A DNA stretch of 64,000 nucleotides from Flectonema sp. DT1601 (taxonomy: Eukaryota), in the NCBI GenBank assembly GCA_964019425.1, contig OZ025805.1:558001-622000 (forward strand), in the 5' to 3' direction. Below the pieces are notes generated by a model. The model ran no database searches. It was not told the DNA's origin and worked only from the letters and a program-made list of their open reading frames with translations. The position numbers and the translations under genes were made by a program. Of this stretch, positions 22,201 to 34,100 are shown piece by piece (within the stretch, counting starts at the first letter, position 1; each line of letters opens with the position of its first letter).

Positions 22201-24117
22201 GGGACTTGATAATTTCAATAAAACCTTTTCAACTACTTTGTATTGAGCGTCTTTCTCGGCAGCTGCTTTTCCAGCTGCTTTTTCTTTTTCCTTTGATTCA
22301 TCGGCTGGGTCCTCTTCCTTTTCTTCAATTCCGTTTTCGCGATCAGCTTTCTTAGCGACGATTGCGCTCTCAGTGCAGGCAGCAGCTATGAGAACAGCAA
22401 CAATCTGAGAGTATTCAATAGGGGGCGGGAGTTTCTGTAATACAGATTCATCACCTTTTGATAACCTGACAGGTGTATAAGCGAAAAATACAGCAGCATC
22501 GGCTTCACCTTCAGGGAGGAATCCAGCGTCGGATTTACCAGTGCGAATCATCGCCGCGGAGTTTTCTGGTAACTCAGTTGTGCCAAAGTCAACACTTTCG
22601 ATAGTGTCCGGGGCTTCAAGCATTCTCGTAATTCTGTAGAAAGCTTCTCTACATGAAATCGCCTTCGTAATTAACGCTGGGAGAGTAGTAGACGGTTGAC
22701 GCATAATCGTGAAATAAGATTGAGATGTGAAGGCGATCGCTGCTGTCAAAGTATTTCCCAACAAACTAAAAACAATAAAACAAGTCGCATTCAACATTGG
22801 AATGGTAACAAGAATTCCAGCATAGAGAAATGCGAACAAGTGATGAGTTTGTTTTATGTATCCAACTTCTTCCTTACGGAGATCACCTACTTGCTCTGAC
22901 ATCTTATCTTCCCAGACCATGTACTTCACAATTCTGATGCCTTCGAAGAGCTCATAGACGAGTTTTAATCTTCTGTCTTTAACTCTATTCATTTGTTTGT
23001 AAGGCTCTCCCATTTTCATCATAATAATTCCTTGGAATGGTCCACAGACAACCAACACACCAAGAGAAACAAACACACTCGGACCAACCAAGTGATAAAG
23101 CATTATCATAGAATAAATAATCATAACTGGTGCAGCCCACAGATCGTGAATGTTTAATAGAAGTTCTCGAACTCTTTCAGAATCCTTGTCAATCAGGTTT
23201 ACTTTATTACCTGTGTTGAAGTCAGGATGAGCGTTCGCCTTGGTGCTGATACTGAAAGTCTTTTTGTAAATTCTCGAAGATAAAACTCCTTTCATTTGAG
23301 CACCAGTTCTATATAAAGAGAACTGATACCAAGCTCCAGTAAGAAATGAAACAAACTGACTGACGACCATGATTGCAACATAAGTAAACCCTTCACTGTA
23401 AGAAGCATCATCCGTGTCTTGCATAAAAAGGATAACTCTGCGAAGGATTTCAGGTTGGACAAACTGAGCCGCAACCGTCAACACTTTAAGGACACCAGAT
23501 AAAAATAATGAAGTTCTGAATGCCTTGAAAAGAGCGCGGAATGATGATGCGGCTTCTGGTTTCTCATCGGACCATTTATATGGAGATCCATCTTCCTTTG
23601 AGCAGAGAGGCTTTAGTAGATGCGGTTTAATGAATGATCCCTTTCCTTCAGAACATTCAAAGATTCTCTCACCCATGTAGTAACCATCACCACGACCTTT
23701 ATCGTTTGTGGTGTCCCATTCTACTCCACAAAATATTGATTCTCTAGCTGGTCCGTTTGGAAGAGTTCCAACCCACTTTAAGGTTCCCTCATTGCCATTG
23801 TCATCTACTACTTTAGATTGTTTCTCAACAAGATGATCCCAACAGTGAGAACGTCTTACTTCCTCTCTCCAATGTTTATCAAATCTGTGGCAATTCACAA
23901 CAGTTTTGTCCTGGTGAGCGAGACCTCCAAAATCCTCAAATTGCAAAGCCTCTCCTTCTTTACTCTTTTTGTAAGCTAACGAAACAGTTTTTCCAACCCA
24001 AATAAAAAACAGTCTGGAAAACCAACCTGCTTCTTCTTCTGCTGTCTTTTGTTCATTCCGAAATTCATTTTCATAATCCTCGTCATCTTGATTAATAAGC
24101 TGACGGTAGCCAGACAT
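19234..24117 (-). CDS. ABC transporter, subfamily C (MRP-like), with an N-terminal CAP-Gly-like insert
   Basis: Two TMD-NBD halves. Walker A motifs GPTGSGKT and GGTGVGKS; signatures LSGGQKQR and FSLGERQ; FFDTTPTGRILNRF and IAHRL motifs typical of ABCC. Confidence 0.95.
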   Translation of the reverse strand: MSGYRQLINQDDEDYENEFRNEQKTAEEEAGWFSRLFFIWVGKTVSLAYKKSKEGEALQFEDFGGLAHQDKTVVNCHRFDKHWREEVRRSHCWDHLVEKQSKVVDDNGNEGTLKWVGTLPNGPARESIFCGVEWDTTNDKGRGDGYYMGERIFECSEGKGSFIKPHLLKPLCSKEDGSPYKWSDEKPEAASSFRALFKAFRTSLFLSGVLKVLTVAAQFVQPEILRRVILFMQDTDDASYSEGFTYVAIMVVSQFVSFLTGAWYQFSLYRTGAQMKGVLSSRIYKKTFSISTKANAHPDFNTGNKVNLIDKDSERVRELLLNIHDLWAAPVMIIYSMIMLYHLVGPSVFVSLGVLVVCGPFQGIIMMKMGEPYKQMNRVKDRRLKLVYELFEGIRIVKYMVWEDKMSEQVGDLRKEEVGYIKQTHHLFAFLYAGILVTIPMLNATCFIVFSLLGNTLTAAIAFTSQSYFTIMRQPSTTLPALITKAISCREAFYRITRMLEAPDTIESVDFGTTELPENSAAMIRTGKSDAGFLPEGEADAAVFFAYTPVRLSKGDESVLQKLPPPIEYSQIVAVLIAAACTESAIVAKKADRENGIEEKEEDPADESKEKEKAAGKAAAEKDAQYKVVEKVLLKLSSPVSIEKGKLTMIIGPTGSGKTTFIDALLGNIDCAQGSVHCTSRPVYATQEAWLKNASVERNIIMESDKEDIWYNACVDVCQLRREFKNFKQGDQTEIGERGITLSGGQKQRVSLARAVYLGTDFFLFDDPLSALDAGTQRRMVEQCICGVLKGKTIVLATHQVQYLDKADNVIVIEKSPSGEGEIKFSGTYSEFKSKESEFQQILAAEKETDEADVEESEKEEVSQTQEQSFLINVTSNLSVCNKNYNNNLTDEGFSNVLTDSNTTAVWNSDIKNKSILTNFEDALSKISSILSSPGGNSIKLLIACDWSRVLAKSYLQRSMRINYSETISFFEDDVAEDKANTPKASPLKKDDDDQLIRNEERVTGKVTAAVYLAYIRNCGGVVYWIGLLMLMAFNQFAFNATDLWLQYWAHEPEPRFPLAPQYTHNKFFIIVYSSIIGVMIFTCYFVTKYGYSLFRKGSTALHDGMLRHLVTAPTSFFDTTPTGRILNRFTDDIFQVDSVVPSNMFWFLYVACMSLGNIVIQAASQPIVIAVLALISVFYIFTVNYYLPSQRETKRIDSINRTPVLAHYTETINGITTLRAYGLQNGSCKVNVEQIDKSVTSTFASIALPQYLAIRLGLMGCIIVGSVVTVNVIDKCRSGNGTGSVSLKALGIMYATSLPFYLSIMSSMYSTLEASINSVERILQYTAGQWDEVPQEKLTGEKPDSSWPGEDVAIEFDNVSLRYRPELPIVVKDLSFKAKAGQRIGIVGGTGVGKSTIMTAIFRLVEIAGGAVRINGKDTSTIAMSDLRRRISMVPQDPVLFRGTVRRNLDPFDLSTDEEVWDAVTKVNMKDRIEKHDGRLSGEVTEKAANFSLGERQLLCLARALLKKGTKLLLIDEATANIDLETDTLIQKTIREAFTSHTVITIAHRLQTIIDSDQLVVLGRVDHCGTVVEQDSPKELINSEGFFYSNIYMSLPADEQKRLKNIANADDPTQAYLQMLSQAEQE

Positions 24118-24522
24118 AGTTGGTGTTGTTGTTGTTGTTGTTGTTGTTGATGATGTGAATAATCAAATTATCCTGTGCTTGTGATAAGAATGTGAGTAAA
24201 TAAATTATTCAAAACACTCAAAGTAAACTAAAGGAACAAAGAAATAGATAATCTCCCTCATCAGGTGTCGTCAGTCGGTAGAAAATAATACGCAGCAAAG
24301 TATCAAATCAGATGGTTGGTTAGGTAAAGACAACCTGACATGATATTTTTAAAAAAAATAATTAGCAAACAGTGCACACAGCTGGTGAATTTTCATCCAC
24401 GTTTGGTGCTTGACTTAAAACACTACAGCAAAAGTTCACTTGATCTGCAAGCAGATTCAGCACCAACAAAGTGAGAGATGGAGTAAGGGTGGTATCCCTT
24501 CGCTATTTAACAACACACAAAA

Positions 24523-26841
24523 CTATTTGTCTGCCATAAACTTAACACCACCATCAAACCCGACTGATAACATCTGAGGATTGACGGGGCTGAATGCAGT
24601 CTTACTGACAACGTCAGTGTGAGTGTGAATTTTAGAAATTAATCTTGATGAAGAAGTGTCATAAAGATAAGTACATCTATCTTCCGATCCCATTGACAAG
24701 TATCGAAGACAAGGAGAGATACTACACGCAATAGAATGAACTCGATTGATGTGATTAGAAAACGATCGAATTGGTTTTTGAGGTGTTCGGACGTCCCACA
24801 ACTTTACAAGTCCATCAGGGGCAGTGGTCGCAAATATTTCCATTGATGACTGCACGTGATCGACAAACGCTGTAGCTGAAGGCAATGAAATAGCGCTTAC
24901 TGCTCTGCTGTGTGGAATGTTTGAAAATATTACCTTCGAAGCGGAGATGTCGTAAAAACACATTTCTTTGTTGCTGCCACCCCACCAAAGCATAGATGAC
25001 ATGAATGTGTTGTGTGCCGCCACCGTTGTTATATTTTGATTAGTTGTTTTAATTGAGTGGATTTGAACATCAGCTGACCTGTTAGACATCCTCTCCAAGT
25101 CATTTACTGAGGTGTCAATTGTTACCTTGTGAAAGTCAATAAACGATCCTCCAGCAACAACAACAACATTATCAATATTATAAAAAAACGATTTCTTAAT
25201 CTCAAACTTCTTGACTATGGAGTATATCGGTTTATCGACAGATGACATTTTCCAAAGATGAACCAACCCATCAAGAGAAGAAGTTGACAACAATTGTTGT
25301 TCACCATGTGCGTGAGTCGTACAACAGGAAGTCAAAGCAGCTTTATGACCTCTCAGTATAATTGAATCACCTTTATGTTTTGATACTGGTAGCTTTATTA
25401 AAGCAGCTGTCTTGTCTGATGATGCCGTCAACACAAATTTTGCATCAGCCGAATACACAACATCAACAATAGCAGATTGATGAGCTGGTTTCTCTCTCAA
25501 TATTTTATTATGATGATCTTGAATAACGGAAGGAGGTTGACAGTCGATTTGGTATTTCGGCATTGAAGTACCAGCACTAGTCTTCTTTGATGAAGCTCTC
25601 CTAGCTTTCTGTTGTCGTAGAACACTCCAAGGAACACTTGCAGCGTATCCACTTGATTTTATATTTTTATGAAAAACGACAGCCTTGTCGGTGCTGGGTT
25701 TTGAGACTTCCGACATGTGAAGAGGTGTGCAGAATACTTCAGGAAGGGAGTTCTTACAAAAAACAGACATCGTCAGGTCGTCGGAAATTGTAATTGGTTT
25801 CAACGAATAAACTGTAATCTCATTCAGAAGTGAGTTGTAAAGAAGTAAATTAGGATATCGTGAGCATTGTTTTGTAATAAGAGTCGCTCCCACAATCGGT
25901 AAAATAAACTCAACAGAGTATGAATCACAATCAAACAGAAAAGACGTATGAGAAGTCACCACCAAAACAGAACTTCCAACTACTTCAATCAACTGCACGC
26001 AATGAGAATACTCTTCTGTGATGTGACTTTCTTCTAGCTCGGGTTGTGTTGATTGTTTCCAGGGTGGAAGAGATGAGATTATTTTTATTTTCGGAGAATT
26101 GATTTGTTCTTTTTCCTGAATGCCATCAACATGTTTCTTAAACACGTTATTAATATCTAAATTATAAATTAGTTTGCTACCATCTCCTGTGTAGACTTTA
26201 AGACAACCAGACTCCTCTCCAACAAGAATCCTCTCAGAGCCAACTGGAGCAGCAAAGTGAATGGGAGAAGAATGAATCGATGATTGAAAAAATAAAATCC
26301 CATTACTAATGTCCCAAATTTTAAAAGTCCTGTCTTCAGAAGTCGATATTATTTTACAACTTCCGTCATCGTCTTCAAAGAATTTAATATTCAATACTCC
26401 TCGATCATGACCTTCCAATAGATTAGTACACCTCTGATTATCAATATCATAAATTAAAATCAAACTGTCATAGGCAGCTGCTATTGTTGTCTCTGTTGAA
26501 TTAATCGAAACAGAACCAGACCTAATTCCAGTTAAATGTTCAATTGAGGAAACATCAATCGTAATGTGAGAATCGTTATCAGTGTCTGATATGATTTCTT
26601 CATATTGATTCCAATAATAAACATCGAGACAACTAACAACTAAAATTTTATTTCGAATTTGTAAATCGTCAATAGCCGCTGGGAGTTGAATCGCTGTGAT
26701 GATCGTAGCCTCGTCGTATACCTGAATATATCCATCACTCTTTCCTAATATCATTAAACCATTACAAAATCCCATCGCTGTAACCTGTCCTGAACCAGAC
26801 GGTTGCAGCTGCAGCTGCTGCACTGCAACATTTCTATTCAT
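24523..26841 (-). CDS. WDR27: WD40-repeat protein, WDR27-like
   Basis: N- and C-terminal WD40 blocks (GH..., SEDRTFKIWD, LWDVR). The central VFHKNIKSSGY motif and the C-terminal HINR...SPCLRYLSMGSEDR match my recollection of WDR27. Confidence 0.75.
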   Translation of the reverse strand: MNRNVAVQQLQLQPSGSGQVTAMGFCNGLMILGKSDGYIQVYDEATIITAIQLPAAIDDLQIRNKILVVSCLDVYYWNQYEEIISDTDNDSHITIDVSSIEHLTGIRSGSVSINSTETTIAAAYDSLILIYDIDNQRCTNLLEGHDRGVLNIKFFEDDDGSCKIISTSEDRTFKIWDISNGILFFQSSIHSSPIHFAAPVGSERILVGEESGCLKVYTGDGSKLIYNLDINNVFKKHVDGIQEKEQINSPKIKIISSLPPWKQSTQPELEESHITEEYSHCVQLIEVVGSSVLVVTSHTSFLFDCDSYSVEFILPIVGATLITKQCSRYPNLLLYNSLLNEITVYSLKPITISDDLTMSVFCKNSLPEVFCTPLHMSEVSKPSTDKAVVFHKNIKSSGYAASVPWSVLRQQKARRASSKKTSAGTSMPKYQIDCQPPSVIQDHHNKILREKPAHQSAIVDVVYSADAKFVLTASSDKTAALIKLPVSKHKGDSIILRGHKAALTSCCTTHAHGEQQLLSTSSLDGLVHLWKMSSVDKPIYSIVKKFEIKKSFFYNIDNVVVVAGGSFIDFHKVTIDTSVNDLERMSNRSADVQIHSIKTTNQNITTVAAHNTFMSSMLWWGGSNKEMCFYDISASKVIFSNIPHSRAVSAISLPSATAFVDHVQSSMEIFATTAPDGLVKLWDVRTPQKPIRSFSNHINRVHSIACSISPCLRYLSMGSEDRCTYLYDTSSSRLISKIHTHTDVVSKTAFSPVNPQMLSVGFDGGVKFMADK

Positions 26842-28271
26842 TTGTGTGTCATTCTTTGTAAGAAGAAAATTTGATTTTTAAAAAAAAAAAAAAAAGCCAC
26901 AACCAACACTCAAAAAATGATATTTCCACTTTCGGAGTAGTTTTATATTATTTTTTATGACATAAAAGTTATCTGTTGCTAAATTATGGTTTTGGTTTAA
27001 AAAAGACAGGAACGACATTGAAAAAAAAAAAAAAAAAAAACATATCAAATCAAAAATTACACTAAAGCCATGAGCAGCAGAGGGAAAAAAAAAGCCAATG
27101 AGGGTGTAAAAGAGGGATTGCGAGCAAGCACGGAGCCAAAAAAAAGAGAATCAGCGCCACAACAATATAATAAATAATCCCATACGTGTAAGGCATATCA
27201 CTTTAAGCTTCCCCATCTCAGGGATGAGGACGACGAACGAATTGCGAGTGTAGAAAATAGAAACCCTTGATCTCTATTGTAAGGAAAAAACATAATAATA
27301 ACCAAAAAATGACATAAATATTTTAATCTCTGGGAGGGGAACTTGGATAAATAGATCAAGGGTTAACACGCAACAAATTCAGACACGAATCAACAACTGG
27401 ATTCCGTCCGTCACAAAGGGGAGAGAGGGAGTTCTTTTTGAAGTGGACAATAATCAACTACAGAAAGAAAATAAATAAAATTTGAGATTATGAAAAAATA
27501 AAACAATAATAATAATATATATTTTGTGACACTACCGTGTAGAAACACTGCGACACAACGCTTCGTAGGACAACGCGAGGGCTTTAAATAGAATTATGTA
27601 AAATGAATGAGTTTCCGATCAACTACTACCGTAAACAACGGAGAGTACCATTTTATGTCTCATCTTCGAACACCAAAAACATCCAACTCAGCCTTCTTAA
27701 TGATAGAATGAAGAACGGGGGGAGAGGGCGGGCGATTTTGAATTCTTGTCCGATTCGTGTCAGAAAATGACTTATGCTAAGAAATTGGGAATTACAAAAA
27801 TAAAGCCGCAATGAACAAAACTTCTTCAGAAAGAAAATGGCTCTGAGAGGGGGAGTAACTTGATACTAATATTAAATGGAAAGCAACCTGAAACTGGCTA
27901 AAACGAAAATAGGGTTCGGCCAAACCTGGTTGCAATATAAGTGCTGTCGAATATGGGGCCATGTGAAGGGAGGAAAGAAAACAAAAAAGAAAAAAAAAAT
28001 AGGATGGGAGATTTTACACCTCCCACCACACCAATACCCGCAATACGTCGTCACGTCATTATTATGTAGAAGTAGTCTTTATATGAGACTAGAGCAGTGG
28101 TTAGGGATGAATAACATGGTACACATGTGTTGATTAAAAAAACAGATTTAGGATGAGAAGAAAAAAGTTTAAAACACGTCGACAACAACAAATAAAAGAA
28201 AGCCAACCAGCTAATCACAATTAAAATTATACAACAAAAGGTAGTCTTTATGAGTGACTTCTGATATCATT

Positions 28272-29328
28272 TTAAGCTGCACCAGTTTGTCTCCTTCTGT
28301 ATGAAGCTGCCGAAGGAACTCTCGAGTTCGGAGGACTCGGATTAGTATTGCGTCTGGTGCGACTGTTTTATTTTATTAACCCCTTTTCTGTGTTCATAAT
28401 AACATAACACATAAAGTAAATATATATTTTTAAACACATACTTCGCAGCGATAGATCCGCAGATCGATTTAGTCGAAGCAGACACCAACTCCAAAGGCTG
28501 GCTATCAATAAGAAGAGGACGGGAACATGTTTGAGGATCTTGTTTTGCTGAAGGAGCTGCAGGGGCACAGAGATCTGATCTTTCAACGTTACTTTCTATC
28601 TTACAAAGAGGACAAACAACACGAAATACTTCGACTGGTTCCATCATTCGAATTCGAAGATGACGACGAAGACAAGGTCTATGAAAAGCATGAGAACACT
28701 GAGACAATATTATTAAAGCTGCTGATGTCGAAAAGCACTCTGTTCTCCTCAACTGTCTAAACCCACACTGCTTTAGTACCCAAGTCTTCTTTGGTACATT
28801 TATAACTTCTGTTCTACACATTGGACACGATCGATTCCTTGACAACCATTCCTTTATACAATCTGGACAGTAAATATGACCACAAGGTAGCTGTGTAACT
28901 GTTTGACCTATTTCATAAGGATCCCTACAGATAGGGCAACTCTGGTTCGATTCTTGGCGGAGGTGGAATTTGCTGACTTCGATGAGTTCTAAATTTTCGA
29001 AATCAGCTTCTTTGATCGGAGGAATAGTTGAAGGCTGTTCCTGTGTTAGTGATAGTTGTAAAACATGTTGGAAGACTACATCATTAACAACTCCATTTAA
29101 CTCATCCTGAACATTTGATAAACGATGCAGTCTACCTCTAAGTGAGAGTAGCCTCTCAAGTATTGATAAACCAGATGAAAAGAATCGTTCTATTCTCATC
29201 TCGTATTGAGCTGATTCACCATCACCATCACTACCACTCCTTCCTAACTGAACGATAACACGTCCAACAGGTACTCTGCTGCCATCACTTTCCTCTTCAG
29301 TATTTTCTAACATGTCTTGGGATGGCAT
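28272..29328 (-). CDS. RING-finger E3 ubiquitin ligase (two RING-like modules), 2 exons
   Basis: CPICRD...LPCGHIYCPDCIKEWL...CPMCR plus a second CSHAFHRPC...CPLC module. Intron from GTATG at 28441 to AACAG at 28363 (alternative in-frame AG at 28354); the last exon ends at TAA 28272. Confidence 0.85.
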
Positions 29329-29436
29329 TTTTTTTTGTTTTAGTCCCTCTTTGATCCTCCAACAGTTAATCTGTGAGGGGTGTTATAAAATATTAATAAA
29401 TCTAACTTATCAAAAGTAAGCATCGCGTTCTAATAA

Positions 29437-30595
29437 TTAAAAAGAGCGTCCTGCTGCTCCTGTTCCGCTAATAAAGTTCGCGTACTCGCGGTCACCAGTT
29501 GCGATGTCGGAATATTTTATGAATTCAGGAGTGGTTTCTATTCCATTCCTACGAACCCATCTGTAAAGAGAGAAAGCTTGCTCTCCCTGGGATGTAACAG
29601 AAAATAATTTCATCATCTCAGTGAACAGCGGAGGGTAACCAGACCTTGTAAAAGCTTCAAAAACATCCGAAACAATTGGCAACACAGAAGTAGGATTCTT
29701 ACAAACAGAAGCGCAACCAATCAACACAGTGGCATCAATCACATTTCGTTCTGTGTCCGACAAACCTTGTCTTATCCACGCCAGTTCAATCCCCTCCCAA
29801 TCACCTTTTTCTTTATAGCATTCTAAGAGAAGTGTCCAGCTTCTTTGTACGTCTACGGGTTTGCTATCGTCTCCTTGTGGTGGTCTTTTTCTCCAAAGTT
29901 TTTCGGCAGCTTCCGTATTGCCCTCCTTGCTGTAGACACTCAGTAAAGCATTAAATGTTAATAAAGATTTTGTTACTTTAATATCGTAAAGTTCAATAAG
30001 TCGATCAGCAATGGTTGAATCCTCAGTAGCAATCAACAGCAACGACATGGTTGATGAATTCAGAGGAAAACATGTGCTACGAAGCAGTCCTTCCATTGCC
30101 AGACTTGTTTCTTTTTTTGATATGAGGCACTCTGCTACTGAGTGTAGTATTCCTGTTGTTGTTATATTCTGTTAACTACTACTTTTAGTATAATATTAAT
30201 CATTCCTAACAATACATACCCAGAGTTGGTGGGTGATTGAAGGCCTTCATGTCGCTCCATAACTTTCTGAGAGCTTCGATATTTCCACATTGAGAAAAGG
30301 TAGTCGCCATGAGTTGATAGTCTCGTCCTTGTAATTTAATACCTGTTCCTCTGATGAGTTCCTTCCATAAGAATGAGAGACTGGTGTCATCTCTGGCGTT
30401 AACCGCGTATCCAATAGCTGTCCTTGCCGTCTTCTCACCTGGTTGATCACCTGCTTTTATCCATCTCGCAATTAGAGAACAGGCTTCGGTTGCTGATAGT
30501 TTTCGTGTTCCCCTAAGAGCATTACAGTGTTTAATTAATAAATTATTGCATTGTAAGTCTGTCAGTGCGTGAAGGCACTTCGTGTAACGAATCAT
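29437..30595 (-). CDS. Pentatricopeptide-repeat (PPR)-like protein, 2 exons, probably mitochondrial
   Basis: Intron 30153-30219 (GTATG..ACAG) joins two ORF-track pieces in frame. PPR-like motifs: TFNALLSVYSKEGNTEAAEKLW, SWTLLLECYKEKGDWE and DYQLMATTFSQCGNIEALRKLWSDM. Start codon uncertain. Confidence 0.75.
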
Positions 30596-31176
30596 TACAT
30601 TTCTGTTTTTGTCTTGTTTGAGTGAAATAATAATAAAACAGAACATCATCTGTTAAAACAACAAGGTAGGCCAGGACAGTAGTCTGACACAACCAACTCT
30701 ACGACTGGTAAGTGTACATGTTAACACGATAAAATAACAACTCCACACAATAATAATAATTTTTCTTCAACAACAACTCATGTTAATGAATGCCGTTACC
30801 GGAAAAGCCTTTTTTTTTTTTTTTTTTTAAATAAAAAAGAGCGTCACGAGATTATGTTTTTTTTCACATTATTACAATTTTGGTTCAGTGACTTTGTAAA
30901 ATGATTGAATGTCACGCACAAAGGAAGGCGAGACTTGTCTGAATACCACCAGTGAAATGAGAGGATTAAGACAGAGAGAGAGAGAGAGAGAGAGAGAGGA
31001 CAACAATGTAAAACGAAAGCTGATAGTATCTCCGGGGAATAATAAAAAAAAGAAAACAATTCAAAACGAATAGAATAATACTTGAGCTTTATAACAAAAA
31101 GGGTGTTACAGATGCCTCAACTCTCTCGCAATGGATACGTTGATTACATGGCTGCGGAGTGTTCTGAAAGCTGAAC

Positions 31177-34100
31177 TCAAAACGTCGCTCCTTTGGATCG
31201 AATAGTGTTCGCGGTGATGTTTCCTTTCGGTAATCCAGGGTTGGTGTAGATACCAAGACGTTTCATAACTTGTTGTCGGTGTTTTCCATCACCGAGTCTT
31301 TCAAAAAGGTGTTGAGGATGTGGATCGCCAAATCCGTTTCCAAATTTAGAATCCCATCCTTCTTCTCGTTTTTTAGTTTTTGTTGTCGTGTTGTGAGGTA
31401 TGGCCCACTGAGATGATAAGACTGGTCGAGACGGCTTTGAATGATCAGATTCTACAACAGCAGAACTTTTTGCTAAAGAACGCTGATTTTTGAGAAGTAT
31501 TTTCTGTAATTGTTTTGCTTGCTGTTCATATTTATCCAACTCTCTAATCTGTTTCGGTAGTCGAGTTGTTAACGTCATCTGAGGAGATGATATGATACGA
31601 GGCTGAGTCAACTCAAACTGTTCAGGTCTCTTGAGGGCTAATATTTCTGAAATATGATCAGCAGTTGCCGTGTCAGTAGCGCTGTTCTTTGTTTCGTTCT
31701 TATAATGTGATCTACTCGGGGATCCATATCCCTTTCTAACTTTACCACTTCTTTGAACTGGTGATGTTCGATTCCGGGTGACTGCACCCTTTGTAGTCTT
31801 TGACATCCGAGGAAAGGAAGCCGACAATGCAAGTTCAGCTCCCATACTCATGTCTGCTTGCTTTCTAGCGCGGGCACCAGAGGCATATATTCGATCAGGT
31901 ACTGGGGGAGTCGGCCTGATATGCTTATCTAAGTTAGGAATCAATTTACGGAATTGGTCTAATTCACGCCAACGGATGCTCTGCATGACTCGTGACTGTG
32001 ATGAGGCAACACCGTTTCGAGACTGTTTTTATTTTATTTTATTTATTTATTTCCTCTTATGTTTTATGTCCATCACAGAACCCAACAATAACTACAAACC
32101 TTTGACTCTTCTAACAACAAGACTTCCACCGCATGATGAAATACGACATCTGGTGACTCTGTTCCACTCGCAACTACCCATCCCCATGTGTGGAGTTGCT
32201 CTTGAATGAGATTGTTTCTGTCTTGAGCTTCCAAATAAACAGTTGATTCACTGGTATGTTTTAATTTATAATTTAAAGACAACAAGTTCCCTATAACAGA
32301 ACAGATTGAAGACATACGTTTGATGAATTTGTTCTGCGTCTTTGATCTTCGCAGTCAATTTTATTAATCCAAATTGTTTTGCTGATCGTAAAGTAATACC
32401 TCTGAAGTCTTGAGCTTCTTGTCGAAGCCATTGGACTCTCAGAACTGCTTCATGTCGATTTGCTTTTCTTACGCATTGAGCGAGGACCATACCAGACTGT
32501 TGGTGTGTGTTGTTACTTCACAAATAAGGTTTTAATTAGACCTCCCCTCGCTCACCCCTCGGTAGTGATATTATAAACACATACCTCAACCTCATAGAGT
32601 TGATCAATGAGATCTCGTTGGTCGAGTTCTATGGACGATTGTTGGGCTCGATGGGCAAACTGTTTTATTTATTAATTGTCTGATGGTGATAAAGCGATAA
32701 GAGTACGAATAGCTACAAACCTCATTACGTTGTAACTCAACGAGAGTAAGTCCGCACTTCTCAAGAGCGAGTTTACGACCCATTCGATTGGCTGCTGCCA
32801 AGGCTTCAGTTCGAACTTCTTTACGAGTCTGTGCTTCAGTCTTAACGAGAACTGATGTTATCTTTGCTTGAATTGTTGAAGTGTTCTCTTTTTGTAGTCG
32901 ACATTTTGATAGATAACTGCGTCCAATCTTTTGGATAATTTTTATTGCTTTTGTTGTTCGAATGTTTGATGTTTTCCGACGAGCCTGACGCTGTCGTTGA
33001 ATTGATTGGATTTTAACAGCAGCGTTCTGTTGATCAGAGCGACGTTGATGTTGAAGTTCTGTGTAGACTTTACGTGTTTGTCTACCTCGGACGTGTTTTT
33101 GAATTTTTAGAGCGGCCGAGGATTTATTTTCCTCCTTCTTCTTTGAATAACCAACCCTCGCATGTCTTCCTCTCAGAGCTGATTGAATTCTAATGGCTGC
33201 CTGATCACGGGCTGCCTTTTCAGATCTCAGTTGAGCTGTTTTCTGTCGACTTATTTTCTGTCTCTGTAATCCCTGAATTCTTAAAGCAGCGTGATGTCTT
33301 TCTGTGTCTCTCTCAGCGCGAAGCTGCTCAGTTTTTTTCTTGCTCATCCTACTTCGTTGAATTGATTGTATCTTTATAGCCGCGGCATCTTTTTGTTCCT
33401 GCTCACGTTTATTTTGAGTCTTGGTTGCCGGGCTTATAAGTCGAGATCGTGCAATCCTTCCTCGTTGCATTGACTGAATACGAGTAGCAGCCTGGTCTGG
33501 GTTCATTGGTATCACACATTTATACTCTATTTCAGTTAAATATGTTTCTAGTGACACTATCGCAATGGCAGTGACGACGGAGATGATTTTAGTTTTCTTT
33601 CTCGTTTTGAATGCTTCTTTTTGTATGCAAACAGCGCACGTCAGCAACGACACCACCGAAGACGCGGTGATAACGCGAACCCGTCTTTTTATTGATAATT
33701 GCTTAGCAGTCCTTCCTCTTTGAACAGATTGAATCTTAACGGCCGCTTTGTTCTTATCTCTTGAGAGTTGATGGATGACATCCATATTATTAGTACTCGA
33801 CATTATTAGTTGTAAATAGTCTCCGTCTTGTTCTCTGTAAGTTTCATTTCTGTCATTTGTTTCTTCTCGCAGGAGGTTTGTGAAACACCTCGTGGCGTTT
33901 CCTCTGTGAAGGGATTGGATCTTTACTGCTGCTCTCTCATTCCTCTTATCATCTTGTTTTTTAGTTTCTTGAAACATAACTCTCGCAACCATGATTATCG
34001 ATGTCGCCGCCGCAGTAATACTCATCGAACACTTGAGTGACTTTGTGTGTTTACGAGCAGCACGTCCCCGTTCAAGTCTTTGGATACGAACAGCTGAGAG

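Noticed and set aside
27851..27860. GGGAGTAACT as another 28S fragment
   Set aside because: A 10-nt match is expected by chance in a window this size.
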